A DNA stretch of 64,000 nt from Mustelus asterias (taxonomy: Eukaryota), in contig NW_027590151.1 in NCBI RefSeq assembly GCF_964213995.1, positions 310,001 to 374,000 on the forward strand, given 5' to 3'. The position numbers were made by a program, and so were the translations under genes. Below the pieces are notes generated by a model that saw nothing but the letters and a program-made list of their open reading frames with translations, was not told the origin of the DNA and ran no database searches. This document shows positions 1 through 12,389 of this stretch, one piece after another (the first letter of the stretch is position 1; each line of letters starts with the position of its first letter).

Positions 1-155
1 TGGTGTCTCTGTAAATCAATTATCTGAGTGTATCCCTTCCCACACACAGAGCAGGTGAACGGTCTCTCCCCAGTGTGACTGCGTCGATGAATTTCCAGCT
101 GAGATGGAAAACTGAATCCTTTCCCACATTCCCCACATTTCCACAGTTTCTCCAT
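1..155 (-). CDS. C2H2 zinc-finger gene A, 5' part of CDS (runs off window start)
   Basis: ATG at 155 gives [41 protein letters not shown]. The exon acceptor (ttttacag) is at 509-510, with degenerate fingers in 203-406. Confidence 0.75.
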   Translation of the reverse strand, partial: MEKLWKCGECGKGFSFPSQLEIHRRSHTGERPFTCSVCGKGYTQIIDLQRH

Positions 156-1279
156 GGTGCGGGTGTCCTTGTGACTCTCCAGGTTAAACAATCAGTTAAA
201 TCTCACACAGAACACGGGTACAGTCTCTCCCCGCTGTGAATGCTGCGATGTATTTTCAGGCTGTGTAACTGGTTAAAGCTCTTTCCACACTCAGTGCACT
301 GGAACACTCTCACTCGGGTGTGTGCCTTGGTGCTTTTCCAGTCACACTGAAATTTAAAATCTCCTGAAGCAGACAGAACAGAGAAACATTTCCATTCTGG
401 ATTCAAAGGTCGATAATATTCAGATCCCGACGAATTGAGGACTCTGTCAGATATTGATGTGACGTTTGGTTTGAGATTTCTGTCTGTAAATCCTCACCTT
501 CTAATATCCTGTAAAAGGAATTTACAAAAGTCATCAATGTCAGTACAAGATAGAAATTCAGAACAGACAGTTCAAGTTTCTATGGAACATTCTTTCCTCT
601 CTCATTCCCCAAAAGGTGTAAATCTCCATCCCACACACTCTCTCTCCATTCTCACTCTGCTGTGTCTAATATTCACCCTCCCAATTCTCCTGAAGGTGCT
701 GATTGAGGCTGATTGACAGATCCATGCTCACTGCTTCCTGTCCTGGACACAGGGAGCTGAAAATCTCCATGCAGACTGCCAGACAGATATCTATAATACT
801 GGATAAAAGTGTAATATACAGGACATTATTTGCAGAGTGATAGAGCAGGGATTTGAGGAAGATTTATACTTGGGTAGGGAGAGCACATGATCTGGAACTC
901 GCTACCTATGAGGATGGTGGAACAGAAGATGAATGGGAAAAACATCCCATGATATAGTGGGATCTGGAAAGCAGAATTTATTTCCCTTTCCAAAAGAGAA
1001 AATGCTGGAAAATCTCAGCCGGTCTGGCAGCATCTGTGAGGAGAGAAAAGAGCTGACGTTGAGGCCAGATGACCCTTTGTCAAAGCTCTTTCCCTTTCTT
1101 TCCTTCTCTGCCACCGCTCTGCCTCATCAATAAGACATTGGGACTCAGAGGGTTGATGCAGTTTGATGGACAAGTTGTCTCCATTCTGAACACTGGGGAA
1201 CAAGCTCCTCCCAGTCAATGACAATATTACCCCCGAAAACGATGCCGGCTGCGCATGCGCCTTGTTGCATATATGCCCT

Positions 1280-2520
1280 CTTTTTAGGTCAAACCAAACC
1301 AAGTAAACAAACTCAGATTAAATCAGGACAAAGTAAAAGGGGCAGCTCCCCAAAAAGGAGGGGGAACAGCCCGAACAGAAATCAAAGTACAAAGGAAACT
1401 TAAAAACATCAAATTAAAATGTGATTATTGGGGTCAATAATGCACCCCAACCCCTGCGGTGCCCAGCGGGCGCGGAAAGCGTCAACCTCGCCCGTGGACA
1501 CCGCATGCTCCCTCTCCAGGGACACCTGGCCGCGAACGTAGCCGCGGTAGAGGGGAAGACAGTCAGGATGGACGGCCCCCTCGATCGCCCGCAGCCTGGA
1601 CCGGTAAATGGCGCGTTTCGCCAGGCCCAGGAGCAGGTTCACGAGGAGGTCGCCATCCCGACCCTCCCCTCTCCGCACCGGGTGTCCGTAGATCAGGAGC
1701 GTGGGACTGAAGTGCAGACAAAACATCAACAAAAGGTTCTTCAGGAAAACATAAAGGGAGTGCAGCCTAAGACACACAACAAAGACATGGTCCACGGACT
1801 CCACAAGGCCGCAGAAAGGGCAGTCTTCGGAGCCCGTGAACCAGTGAACCCTACGGTTGTGCGGAACTGCTGCATGCATCACCCTCCACCCCAGGTCCCC
1901 GACGTAATTGGGGGAGATCCCTCCGTAGAGGGACCTCCAGCGGGGACCTCCGCCGCCCGGCGGCAACAAGGCCCGCCAAGGTGTATCCGGGCGACAGGCG
2001 AGGAGGCAGTAGTGGAGGATGTGCAGCAGCAGCCCGCACAGGAAACGCCTCCGCGCGGTAGAAAAAGGCACGGAGGGCATTTCCGCGAGGCGGCTCAGGC
2101 TGTGGGGCACCTCACCCAGGGGAGGGGGCTGAGGCTTTGGGCCAATGTGGAATTCCGCCCGAACAGGGGAACGCTCGGGCGGGATCCCACCGCACGCCTG
2201 CGCCGTCTCAAGTTTGCGTGCAGTTTCGGGGCCGAGCACGACCGTCCTAAGGTCTAGGATGGCTTTGGCCGCGCGCCAGACGGACGTCCCCGCGCGCTCA
2301 GCCAGCACGTGGGGACTCATCCAGCCCGCTCCTCCGCCATCGAGCACGTCCCCGATTCTGGTCACCCCGGCGTCCACAGCCCTCCTCTCCGCCAGCCACC
2401 TGAAGTCATACGGCTGGAGGAGCGGATTCCTGACGGGGGAGAGCTGCGTCGCGAGGCGACCTTGTTCCAGACAGTGAGGAGGTCCTGGTAAAAGACGGGC
2501 AACTCCTGCAGGGTGGTCGG
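1280..2520 (-). mobile_element. Tx1-clade non-LTR retrotransposon, 3' portion
   Basis: ORF 1409-2542 has the ORF2 C-terminal zf-RVT-like motif WRVMH..CPFCG..ESVDHVF..C, followed by a T-rich 3'UTR and short A tail. Confidence 0.8.
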
Positions 2521-2630
2521 AAGGAGAATGTGCAAACTCCACACAGACAGTGACCCGAGCCGGGAATCGAACCCGGGACCCTGGAGCTGTGAAGCAGCAG
2601 TGCTAACCACTGTGCTACCGTGCCGCCCCA
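2521..2630 (-). mobile_element. HE1-type tRNA-derived SINE, 5' head only, fused to Tx1
   Basis: gggcggcacggtagcacagtggttagcac...gggttcgattcccggc (A/B boxes); same family as 48578-48914. Confidence 0.85.
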
Positions 2631-2742
2631 ATATGCCCTGTTTGTGAACAGAACTCCCACTCACCTGATGAAGGGGCAGCGCTCCGAAAGCCCGTGGCTT
2701 CTGCGACCAAATAAACCTGTTGGACTTTAAACTGGTGTTGTG
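2631..2742 (+). mobile_element. Penelope pLTR fragment with hammerhead core
   Basis: ctcacCTGATGAaggggcagcgctccGAAAgc; homologous to the 12390-13525 element. Confidence 0.75.
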
Positions 2743-2799
2743 AACGCGGCCCGAACATGAGGAGCTGCGGTACCGCTCGGTACAAACTGGGGCCGTGAA

Positions 2800-3090
2800 G
2801 CTCTTTACCGAGGTTCACGGCTTACACAACCTGCTTACGCAGCGTTTCCGTCCACCCGCGAGATCCGTCGCCCCCTCCGTACCGTCAGTCACCTCTGACC
2901 TATCTCCGAGCCGAAAAAACAGCCCGTCTCCGTCGCCATTATCCACACTGCGCATGCTCCAGTCAGAACGGGCCACGCCCCTCATTCACTGTGATTGGTT
3001 GGAGGACCAGCCTCTCCGCTCGGACCTCCAACCGCGCCCCTTCTCTTCCCATTGGTCCGCGCTGCCGTCAATCAGCCGGGCATTGTGACG
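2800..3090 (-). promoter_or_regulatory. CpG-rich promoter/first exon, probably of ZNF gene A
   Basis: NRF1-like tgcgcatgct, GC box, two CCAAT boxes, YY1-like aatggcg on the minus strand; paralogous to 11960-12160. Confidence 0.6.
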
Positions 3091-3127
3091 GTGACTTGCT
3101 GTTTGTCCAATAATCACAGTGACAGAG

Positions 3128-3299
3128 TCTCAGTGTAACAATGACACACACAGGCTCCAATACAATCAGAATGGGGATGGAGCACAGAGACAACACAGCA
3201 AAGCACTGACTTACTCTGAGTGTAACAATGACACACACAGGCTCCAATACAATCAGAGTGGGGATGGAGCACAGAGACAACACAGCAAAGCACTGACTT
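3128..3299. repeat. Tandem duplication, two copies of about 87 bp
   Basis: tctcagtgtaacaatgacacacacagg...agcaaagcactgactt occurs twice. Confidence 0.85.
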
Positions 3300-3529
3300 C
3301 AAAACAGAAAATGCTGCAAAACCTCAGCAGGTCTGACAGCAACTGTGGAGAGAGATTCCAGCCAACGTTTCGAGTCTGGATGACCCTTCGTCATGGATTG
3401 CCTTGATTTACTTTAGATTACTTACTCTGAGTGTAACAAACACAGTGTTTATTCCAATAATAAGTCAGGCTGCAGTGTGTTAGTGAACACAGTATTGGAT
3501 CCAATGTAATGATAGTACAGAGGGTATAG

Positions 3530-3825
3530 AATCCCTACAGTGCAGAAGGAGGTCATTGAGCCTATACCAACAATGATCCCACCCCCAGCCCTATCCCCGT
3601 AACCCATGTAGTTATCCTGCTTATCCCCGACACTAAGGGCCAATTTAGCATGGCCAATCAATTTAATCTGCACATTTTTGGAGTGTGGGAGGAAACAAGA
3701 GCACCCGGAGGAAACCCACGCATACACAGGGAGAATGTGCAGACTCCACACAGTCAGCTGAGGCATGAATTGAACCCGGGTTCCTGGCGCTGTGAGGCAG
3801 CAATGCTAACCACTGTGCTGCCAGG
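3530..3825 (-). mobile_element. HE1-type SINE
   Basis: Homologous to 48578-48914. Confidence 0.8.
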
Positions 3826-5364
3826 CTGCCTGTGTTTTAAGAAATCTCATTAAAATCTGGAACTCGGATGGGGATATGGGTTGGTGTTTGGTGGGAATCA
3901 GATTTACAGAATTGGTTCCTGTCATAGCAACAATCCAATTGCTATATGTTGGTAAGACTGAGAGAAGTATTTAAAGTGGAGACCATAGGTGTGTTCAAGG
4001 ATAATGATGGAATTTATGAACTTATGAACTGAGAAAATATTGAGAGCAAAGAAATCAATCTAAAAAATTGTAGTCACTTCACGTTGTTCCAGAAGTGGCG
4101 TCTGGTTGTGGAGATGTCAGGTTTTACACAGCACATGGTCATTCTGAATGGAGAATCTCTGAGTTGTACAATTCACATCATTTCAGGGGCCAGATTGTCT
4201 GCTCAGAAAGAGGAACGTTTCTGTGACACCAATGAAAAGCAACACACTCACTCACAGACACCCTCACACACAGAGTCTCACACCCTGCAAATTATCTCCT
4301 GTCACTTTATTGTTTTTAGTCTTTTTGAAATAAATCCTGAATGAACTATAAAATCATTCAGAAGTACTTGTTGAGATTCCCCTGAAAGACATCTATACTG
4401 TTCATTTCACTCCCTGTAGTTGTGATTTCCATATTCTCGCCACTCTTTGTAGAGAAATTTATCCTGGATTTCCTATTGGATTTCTTAGTGACTGTTTTAT
4501 ATTGATTGTCTCCAGTTTCTCAGTAACTTCATTGCAGTGTTAATCTAAGCCTACTTGTGACTAATAAATAAAAACTTTACTTTTTGCTCTTCCCCACAAG
4601 AGGAAACACTATTTCTGTATCTAAACCTTTTATAATTTTGAAGACCTCTGCTCAGGTTACCCCTCAGCCTTCATTTCTCAAGAAAGAAGAACTAGCCTGT
4701 CAATCCTTTCCTGATAAAAAAAACACACACGTTTTGAAAATCATTTATGCGATGTGGGCATTGCTGGCTTGGCCAGTATTTATGGCTAATCCCTGATTGC
4801 CCTTGAGAAGGTGGTGGTGAGCTGCCTTCTACATTAAAATCTCATCATTAAAATCTTCTCTGCACCCTTTCCAGTGCCTGGATATTTTTTTAATAATACG
4901 GTGACCAGAATGATATGCAGTAGTCAGTAAGATTCTTGATCAGAGAGTCACAGATTTTCCTAAAGTGGTTTGAGCTTATCCATGGTTTTAAATTAGATTC
5001 TTAGGAAGCAACAATTTAAAAATGATGCGTAATAAACAGGGGGAAAAAAACAAGACCCATGGCAGGTGAGTAACCGAGGCCCCAGCACTGATCCTGCGTT
5101 ACCCAAATAGGCACTGCCTGCCAGTTGGAAAAAGATCCGTTTAATCCTACTCTTTGTTTCCTGTCTGCCAATCAGTTTTCTACCCATCTCAGTACAACAG
5201 CCCCAATCCCATGTGCTTTACTTTTTGTGAAGAAGTTGCCAAGTTGACGGACGAGGGGAATCGGGTTCACGTTATCTATCTCAGGGCATAATCATCAACA
5301 ACTTGTATTTACACAGAGTGTTGTGGGGCTGGAGGAGGTTACTGAGATACTGAGGAACTTTTTA

Positions 5365-5710
5365 AAGTTCATTTTTACGGAATGTAGGCGTCACTGGCTG
5401 GGCCAGCATTTCTTTCCCATCCCTAACTGCCCTCCATTTCAGAGGGCATTTGAGAGTCAACCACATTGCTGGTCTGGAGTCACATGTAGGCCTGACCAAG
5501 TAAGGACGGCAGGTTTCCTTTTCTAAAGGGCGTTACTGAATCAAATGGGTTTTTACGACAATTGATTAAAGGTTGAGGATTGTCATTAGACTTTTAACTG
5601 AAGATTTTAATTGAATACAACTTTCACCATCGACTGTGGTGGGATTCGAACCTGGGTCCCCAGAGCCTTACCCTGAGTCCAGTGATAATTCCACTGTGCC
5701 ACTGCCTACC
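5365..5710 (-). mobile_element. Second tRNA-derived SINE family
   Basis: B box ggttcgaatccc on the minus strand; homologous to 47635-47945. Confidence 0.6.
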
Positions 5711-5773
5711 CTATTCATCCAATTGTTATTGTTTATCTCAGGGCGCAGAAACAACAGAATCCAACTTTGCCGG

Positions 5774-7045
5774 TCACACATGAAGTCGTCTATGTTTCAG
5801 CAGGCTGTAATACTGATTAAACCCCTTCCCACACATGGAGCAGTTGAAAGGTTTTGCCCCAGTGTGAACTCGCTGGTGTCTCTGCAGGCGGGATGGATCA
5901 GTGAATCCCTTCCCACACAGGGAGCAGGTGAACGGTTCTGTCGCAGTGTGAGCTCGCTGGTGTTTCAGCATATAGGATGAATCAGTGAATGCCTTCCCAC
6001 ACACAGAGCAGGTGAACGGCTTCTCCCCGGTGTGAATGCGTTGGTGTCTCAGCAGGCCAGATGACTGAGCGAATCCCTTTCCACACACAGAGCACAGGAA
6101 CGGCCTCTCCCCAGTGTGAATGCGATTGTGTTTCAGCAGATCATCACTTCTTTTAAAGGTCTTATTGCATTCTGAGCATTGAAAAGGTCTCTTGTCAGAG
6201 TGAATGTGTTGGTGTTGATTGCAGTAGGAAAACTGAGCAAATCTTTTGCCGCAAATGGAGCAGGAGAACGGCTTCTCCCCTGTGTGAATGCGGCGGTGTC
6301 TCCGGAGGCTGGATGACTCCGTGAAAGCCTTCCCACACACGGAGCAGATGAATGCCTTCTCCCCGGTGTGAATAGGCCGGTGACTCAGCAGATGCTGCAA
6401 ACAAGTAAATGTTTTCCCACACACAGGGCAAACGTATGGCCTCTCCCCAGTGTGAGTGCCCTGGTGTCTCAGCAGACTAATCCTTCTTTTGAAGGTCTTC
6501 TCACATTTAAAGCATTTAAAATGTCTCTTCTGAAAATGAATCTGTTGGTGAACAGTGTAGTGGGAGGACTGAGTGAATCTCTTCCCACACTGGGAGCAGC
6601 TGAATGGCCTGTCCTTGGTGTGAACTTGTTGGTGCTCAGTGAGATGCACTGAGTCGCTGAACGACTCTCCACAGTGAGAGCAGCTGAACGGTCTCTCGTG
6701 TGTGTGAAGGAGCTGGTGCTCTGCAAGGCGGGAGGACTGGCTGAACCTCTTCCCGCAGTGGGAGCAGCTGAACGGTCTCTCGTCAGTGTGAAGGAGCTGG
6801 TGTTGGGCCTGTTCCTCAGAGGTTTCAATGCTTTGCCCAGAGTCAGAGCTTTGAAGAGGCTTCTGAATAATGTGATCGAGTTGGTGAGCCAGCAGGTTGG
6901 ACGAACACATGAATTTCTTCCCACACACGGAGCAGGTGAATGAACTCTCACTGTTGCGAGCTCGCTGTCGTGTCAGCATGTTTTCCAGCTGTATCAATCC
7001 CTCCCCACAGGAGGAGCAAGGAAACAGATTCTCACCAGTTTCCAA
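5774..7045 (-). CDS. C2H2 zinc-finger protein gene B (13 intact fingers)
   Basis: Open 423-aa ORF of CxxC..HxxxH fingers with HTGE[KR]P linkers. First in-frame ATG is at 6979; acceptor near 7163. Confidence 0.9.
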   Translation of the reverse strand: METGENLFPCSSCGEGLIQLENMLTRQRARNSESSFTCSVCGKKFMCSSNLLAHQLDHIIQKPLQSSDSGQSIETSEEQAQHQLLHTDERPFSCSHCGKRFSQSSRLAEHQLLHTHERPFSCSHCGESFSDSVHLTEHQQVHTKDRPFSCSQCGKRFTQSSHYTVHQQIHFQKRHFKCFKCEKTFKRRISLLRHQGTHTGERPYVCPVCGKTFTCLQHLLSHRPIHTGEKAFICSVCGKAFTESSSLRRHRRIHTGEKPFSCSICGKRFAQFSYCNQHQHIHSDKRPFQCSECNKTFKRSDDLLKHNRIHTGERPFLCSVCGKGFAQSSGLLRHQRIHTGEKPFTCSVCGKAFTDSSYMLKHQRAHTATEPFTCSLCGKGFTDPSRLQRHQRVHTGAKPFNCSMCGKGFNQYYSLLKHRRLHV

Positions 7046-7194
7046 CTGAGATGGTCAATTAAATCCCTTCAGATGTACAAACCTTCAAATCCCAATGAAT
7101 TGATTGACTCTGTCTGACGTGAGATTTGATTGGCCAGACTGCAAATCCTCCTCTTCTATTTCCTGCAAAATAAGTTTACAAAGAATTACGTCGC

Positions 7195-7610
7195 TGGCAC
7201 GGTGGCACAGTGGTTAGTACTCCTGCCTCACAGCGCCAGGGACCTGGGTTCGATTCCGGCCTTGGTTACCTGTCTGTGTGGAGTTTACACAGTAAGGAGT
7301 CTAACAACAGTCCAACAGGTTTATTTGGTAGCAAAAGCCACTAGCTTTCGGAGCGCTGCTGTGTGGAGTTTGCACATTCTCTACTTGTCTGCGTGGGTTT
7401 CCTCCGGGTGCTCCAGTTTTCTCCCACAGTCCAAAGATATTCAGGTTAGGTGGATTTCATGCTAAATTATCCATTTTTCCCCCAGCATGTGTAGGTTAGG
7501 GAGATTAGTGGGGTAAATAAGTTGGGTTATGTTGTTGGGGCCTTGGTGGGATGCTCTGTCAGAGAGTTGACTTGATGGGCCAAATAGCCTCCTTCCGAGC
7601 TGTGGAATTC
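7195..7610 (+). mobile_element. HE1-type SINE interrupted by a 72-bp Penelope fragment (7287-7358)
   Basis: 13-bp TSD ctgtgtggagttt at 7274-7286 and 7359-7371. Confidence 0.8.
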
Positions 7611-8559
7611 TATGAATATATCTATCCTGGACTGACAGTGGTGACTTTTGTGAACTCCCTTTACAGGATATTGGAAAGGAGGATTTACAGCAAGAAAACA
7701 CAAACCAAACATCACGTTGAGATCTGACAGTCACTCGGATCATTAGGAGCTGATTGTTATTATCTTTGAACAGGGAAGGAGAATTGTTTGTTCTGTCTGT
7801 GACAATACACAAACAGGCCATTCGGTTTATCGAGTCTGTACTGGAGTTTATACTCCACATGAGTCTCCTCTCATTCTGATCACCACATCTCAGCTTTTCA
7901 GTTGATTTTTCCAATCCCTTTTCTCTCATAAGCTCATATATTTTCCTTTTGAAAGCATCTAAAGTATTTGTGTCAACCACTTCCAGTCGCAGTGAGTTCC
8001 ATATTCTAACAACTGTCTGAAGAAAGAAACATCTCCTATTTTCCTGTTTGATTTATTTGTTGTCTGTTCATGGTTCCCAGTAATGGAAAAACCAACAAGT
8101 GGAAACATTCCATTCACATCTCCCTACTTGTCCCATTCAGAAAGCCCGTATCAGAAGAGACAAGATTTTCTCTTGGTTTGAGCTTGTTGTGTGTAAATCC
8201 TCCCTTTCTAACCGCCTGTAACAAAAAATATCCAAAATCCATCACGATAGAAAATCCAGGTACAAGTAATTCAGAAAGCTATTGTTTGTTATGAGGGGAA
8301 TGGAGTAAAAGCAAGGAAGTTATGTTTCAGTTGCACACGGTGAGTCTGTATCTGGAGCAATGTCTACATTTCGATTTCCTTATTTTAGGAAAAATATAAA
8401 TGCATTAGAAGTTCATAGAAGGTTTAGTCGACGAACACCTGGAATAGGTGGATAGTCTGATGAGGAGCAGTGAGACAGTCTCTGCTCGAGTTTAAAAGAG
8501 TAAGAGGCAACTTAATTTAAACCTTTCAGATCCTGAAAGGTCTTGGATGTGGAGAGGAG

Positions 8560-9897
8560 TCATAGAGGTTTATAGCATGGAAACAGGCCCTTCAGCCCAA
8601 CTTGTCCATGCTGCCCCTTTTTTTAACCCCGAAACTAGTCCCAATTGCCCGCATTTGGCCCATATCCCTCTGTACCCATCGTACCCATGTAACTGTCTAA
8701 ATGCTTTTCAAAAGACAAAATTGTACCCGCCTCTACTACTACCTCTGGCAGTTTGCTCAAGACACTCTCCACCCTCTGTATGAAAATATTGCCCCTCTGG
8801 ACCCTTTGTATCTCTCCCTTCTTACCTGAAATCTATGCCCTCTAGTTTTAGACTCCCCTACCTTTGCAAAAAGATATTGACTGTCTAGCTGATCTATGGC
8901 CCTCATTATTTTATAGACCGCTATAAGATCACCCCTATGCCTCCTGCGCTCCAGAAAAAAAATTCCCAGTCTATCCAGTCTCTCCTTATAACCATCAAAT
9001 CCCAGTAGCATCCTCGTAAATCTTTTCTGCACTCTTTCTCGTTTAATAACAACCTTTCTATAATAGGGTGACCAGAACTGCACACAGTATTCCAAGTGTG
9101 GCCTTACCAATGTCTTGTACAACTTCAACAAGACGTCCCAACTCCTGTATTTAATGTTCTGACCAATGAAACCAAGCATGCCGAATGCCTTCTTCACCAC
9201 TCTACCTATGAACCTGTACCCCTAGATCTCTTTGTTCTGTAACTCTCCCCAATGCCCTACCATTAACTGAGTAAGTCCTGTCCTGGTTCAATCTACCAAA
9301 ATGCATCACCTCGCATTTATCAAAATTAAACTCCATCTGCCATTCACCAGCCCACTGGCCCAATTGATCAAGATCCCGATGCAATCCGAGGTAACCTTCT
9401 TCACTGTCCACTATGCCACCAATCCTGGTGTCATCTGCAAACTTACGAACCATACTGCAAACTTACTAACCATGCCTACTAAATTCTCATCCACATCATG
9501 AATATAAATGACAAATAACTGTGGACCCAACACCGATCCCTGAGGCACACGGCTGGTCACAGGCCTCCAGTTTGAAAAACAACCATCTACAACCACCCTC
9601 TGTCTTCTGTCATCAAGCCAGTTTTGTACCTATTTGGCTACCTCACCCTGGATCCCGAGAGATTTAACCTTATGCAACAACTTACCATTTGATACCTTGT
9701 CAAAGGCCTTGCTAAAGTCCATGTAAAGAACATCAACTGCACTGCCCTCATCTAACTTCTTGGTTACCCATTCAAAAAACTCAATCAAATTTGTGAGACA
9801 TGATTTTCCACTCCAAAGCCATGCTGACTGTTTCTAATCAGTCCTTGCTTCTCTGCATGCCTGTAGATCCTGTCTCTCAAAATACCTTCCAACAACT
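8560..9897 (-). mobile_element. CR1 LINE 3' fragment
   Basis: RT motifs PQGSVLGP, KFADD, LVRPHLEYCVQFW, broken by frameshifts. Confidence 0.9.
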
Positions 9898-10224
9898 TGT
9901 TGGAAGTGTTGTTTACTCTTATGGGAGAATCTCGGGGTCACTGTTTAAACAAGTGTTGCGCATAGAGACAGAGATTAGATATTTTTCACACAGTGGGTCG
10001 TGAATCTTTGGATCTCCATTCCTCAAAAGTAGATATATATCTCTTGGGGCAAAAGGGATATTATGGGGGGATGGGTGGGACAAGGGTATTGAATTTGAGG
10101 ATCAGCCATGACCATAATGAATGGCAGGGAACGTTCAAAGGGCTGAATGGTCTATTTCCGCTTCTATTTTCTATGCATGTTTCTATGTAAACATGAGGAG
10201 CTTGGGGCTGAAGTGTAACCAAAA

Positions 10225-11465
10225 GGCCATACGACATAGGAGCAGAATTAGGCGACTCGGCCCATCGAGGCTGCTTCACCATTCAGTCATGGGCTGATAT
10301 TTTTCTCATCCCCATTCTCCTACCTTTTCACCATAACCCCTGATCCACTTATTAATCAAGAACCTATCTATCTCTGTCTTAAAGACACTCAATGACCTGG
10401 CCTCCACAGCCTTCTGTGGCAAAGAGTTCCACAGATTCACCACTCTCTGGTGGGCCAGTGGGCTGACGAATGGCAGATGGAATTTAATTTCGACAAATGC
10501 GAAGTGATGCATTTTGGTAGATTGAACCAGGACAGGACTTACTCAGTTAATGGTAGGGCATTGGGGAGAGTTACAGAACGAAGAGATCTAGGGGTACATG
10601 TTCATAGCTCCTTGAAAGTGGAGTCACAGGTGGACAGAGTGGTGAAGAAGGCATTCGGCATGCTTGGTTTCATCGGTCAGAACATTGAATACAGGAGTTG
10701 GAATGTCTTGTTGAAGTTGTACAAGACATTGGTAAGGCCACACTTGGAATACTGTGTGCAATTCTGGTCACCCTATTATAGAAAGGATATTATTAAACTA
10801 GAAAGAGTGCAGAAAAGATTTAGTAGGATGCTACCGGGACTTGATGGATTGAGTATAAGGAGAGGCTGAATGGACTGGAACTTTTTTCTCTGGAGCGTAG
10901 GAGGCTGAGGGGTGATCTTATAGAAGTCTATAAAATAATGAGGGGCATAGACAAGGTAGATAGTCAATATCTTTTCCCAAAGGTAGGGGAGTCTAAAACT
11001 AGAGGGCATAGGTTTAAGGTGAGAGGGGAGAGATACAAAAGTGTCCAGAGGGGCAATTTGTTCACACAGAGGGTGGTGAGTGTCTGGAACAAGCTGTGGG
11101 TACAATTGTATCTTTTAAAAAGCATTTAGATAGTTACATGGGTGCGATGGGAATAGAGGGATGTGGGCCAAATGCAGGCAATTGGGATTAGCTTCAGGGG
11201 TTTTAAAAAAAAAGGGCAGCATGGACAAGTTGGGCCGAAGGGCCTGTTTCCATGCTGTAAACCTCGATGACTCTGGCTGAAGAAATTCTTCCTCATCTCT
11301 GTTTGAAAGGAACATCCCTTTAGTCTGAGGTTGTGCCCTCTGGTTCTAGTTTTATCGACTCGTGGAAACATCCTCTCCACGTCCACTCTGTCCAGGCCTC
11401 GCCGTACCCTGTAAGTTTCAATAAATTCCTCCTCAACCTTCTAGACTCCAACAAGTACAAAAGCC
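10225..11465. mobile_element. CR1 3' end (-) with nested CR1 (+, 10451-11270)
   Basis: TSD ctctgg at 10445-10450 and 11271-11276; CR1 ORF2 C-terminal peptides. Confidence 0.85.
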
Positions 11466-11649
11466 GTGTAACCGCTTCAGGTAAGTATTCCGGGATGCAA
11501 CCTCTCATACTGAATATGTACATGACCCATTAACTTCTCTTGGCTGCAAACGTGAGGTGCAGCCTGGGAGTGGGTGAAGCTGTTTGAAAATCTGATGCTC
11601 AAATTTAGTCATGTTTCCGAGCACGAGGACCCGGTGGGAGCAGAAACAC

Positions 11650-12350
11650 AAAGACCCGCCCCCTCACGGTTGCGTCACCAAGACACCAGCGCATGCGCTC
11701 TGCTCCCTGCTCAATCAAGATGGCGGCTGTTAACCTGAGCATCGTCTCGGGAAAAAGACCCGAAACTGCAAACACGGGACTTACGGGCTCATATTCGATG
11801 TTTGAGGCCTTTAACAGGTATTTAAAAACTGTCTACGTCCATCCGCCGGTTCGATTGCTCCCTCTATGTTTCTGCATCCTTACCGGCTGCTGACGAGACA
11901 GAGGAACTTCTCTCCAGTTGCTGTCACCCACACTGCGCGTGCTGCAGACGCCTTTGCTTACTGCGCATGCGCACCTCTCCCATGCGTGGAACAGGGAACT
12001 CTTCCGATTGGTCCGGAGCTGCGCATGTTTCAGGTCCCGCCCCTCATTCACTCCGATTGGTTGGAGGACCAGCCGCTCCCGCTCGGTCCTCCAGTCCCGC
12101 CCCCTCTTCCTATTGGCCCGGAACTGCCGTCAATCAGTCCCCTGGGCATTGTGATGTGGAGCACGCGCAGTGTCATTGCTGGCCTTGGCGCTTGTTTGTC
12201 CCGGAGAAGCGGAGTCAGCGTTAGGCGGTGGCTGGGAGGATTTGGAAACACTTTGTGGATCCGCAAACCCTTCAGAATCATTGTCAGCTCCCTGGTTTGC
12301 AGCTGCGGGGCTTCTCCCTCCCTCCCTCTCGGGAACAGGCCCAGGTTAAC
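11650..12350. promoter_or_regulatory. CpG-rich, probably bidirectional promoter between divergent ZNF genes B and C
   Basis: NRF1 gcgcatgcgc at 11689 and about 11962, YY1 aagatggcggc at 11717-11727, several CCAAT and GC boxes. Confidence 0.65.
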
Positions 12351-12389
12351 GGCCCCATCCTGGCTCAGCCACTGGAGAATGGTTCACAT

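Noticed and set aside
1421-2257. 278-aa plus-strand ORF and similar antisense or alternate-frame ORFs over CR1 and ZNF sequences
   Set aside because: Shadows of GC-rich or repetitive coding sequence with no independent motifs.
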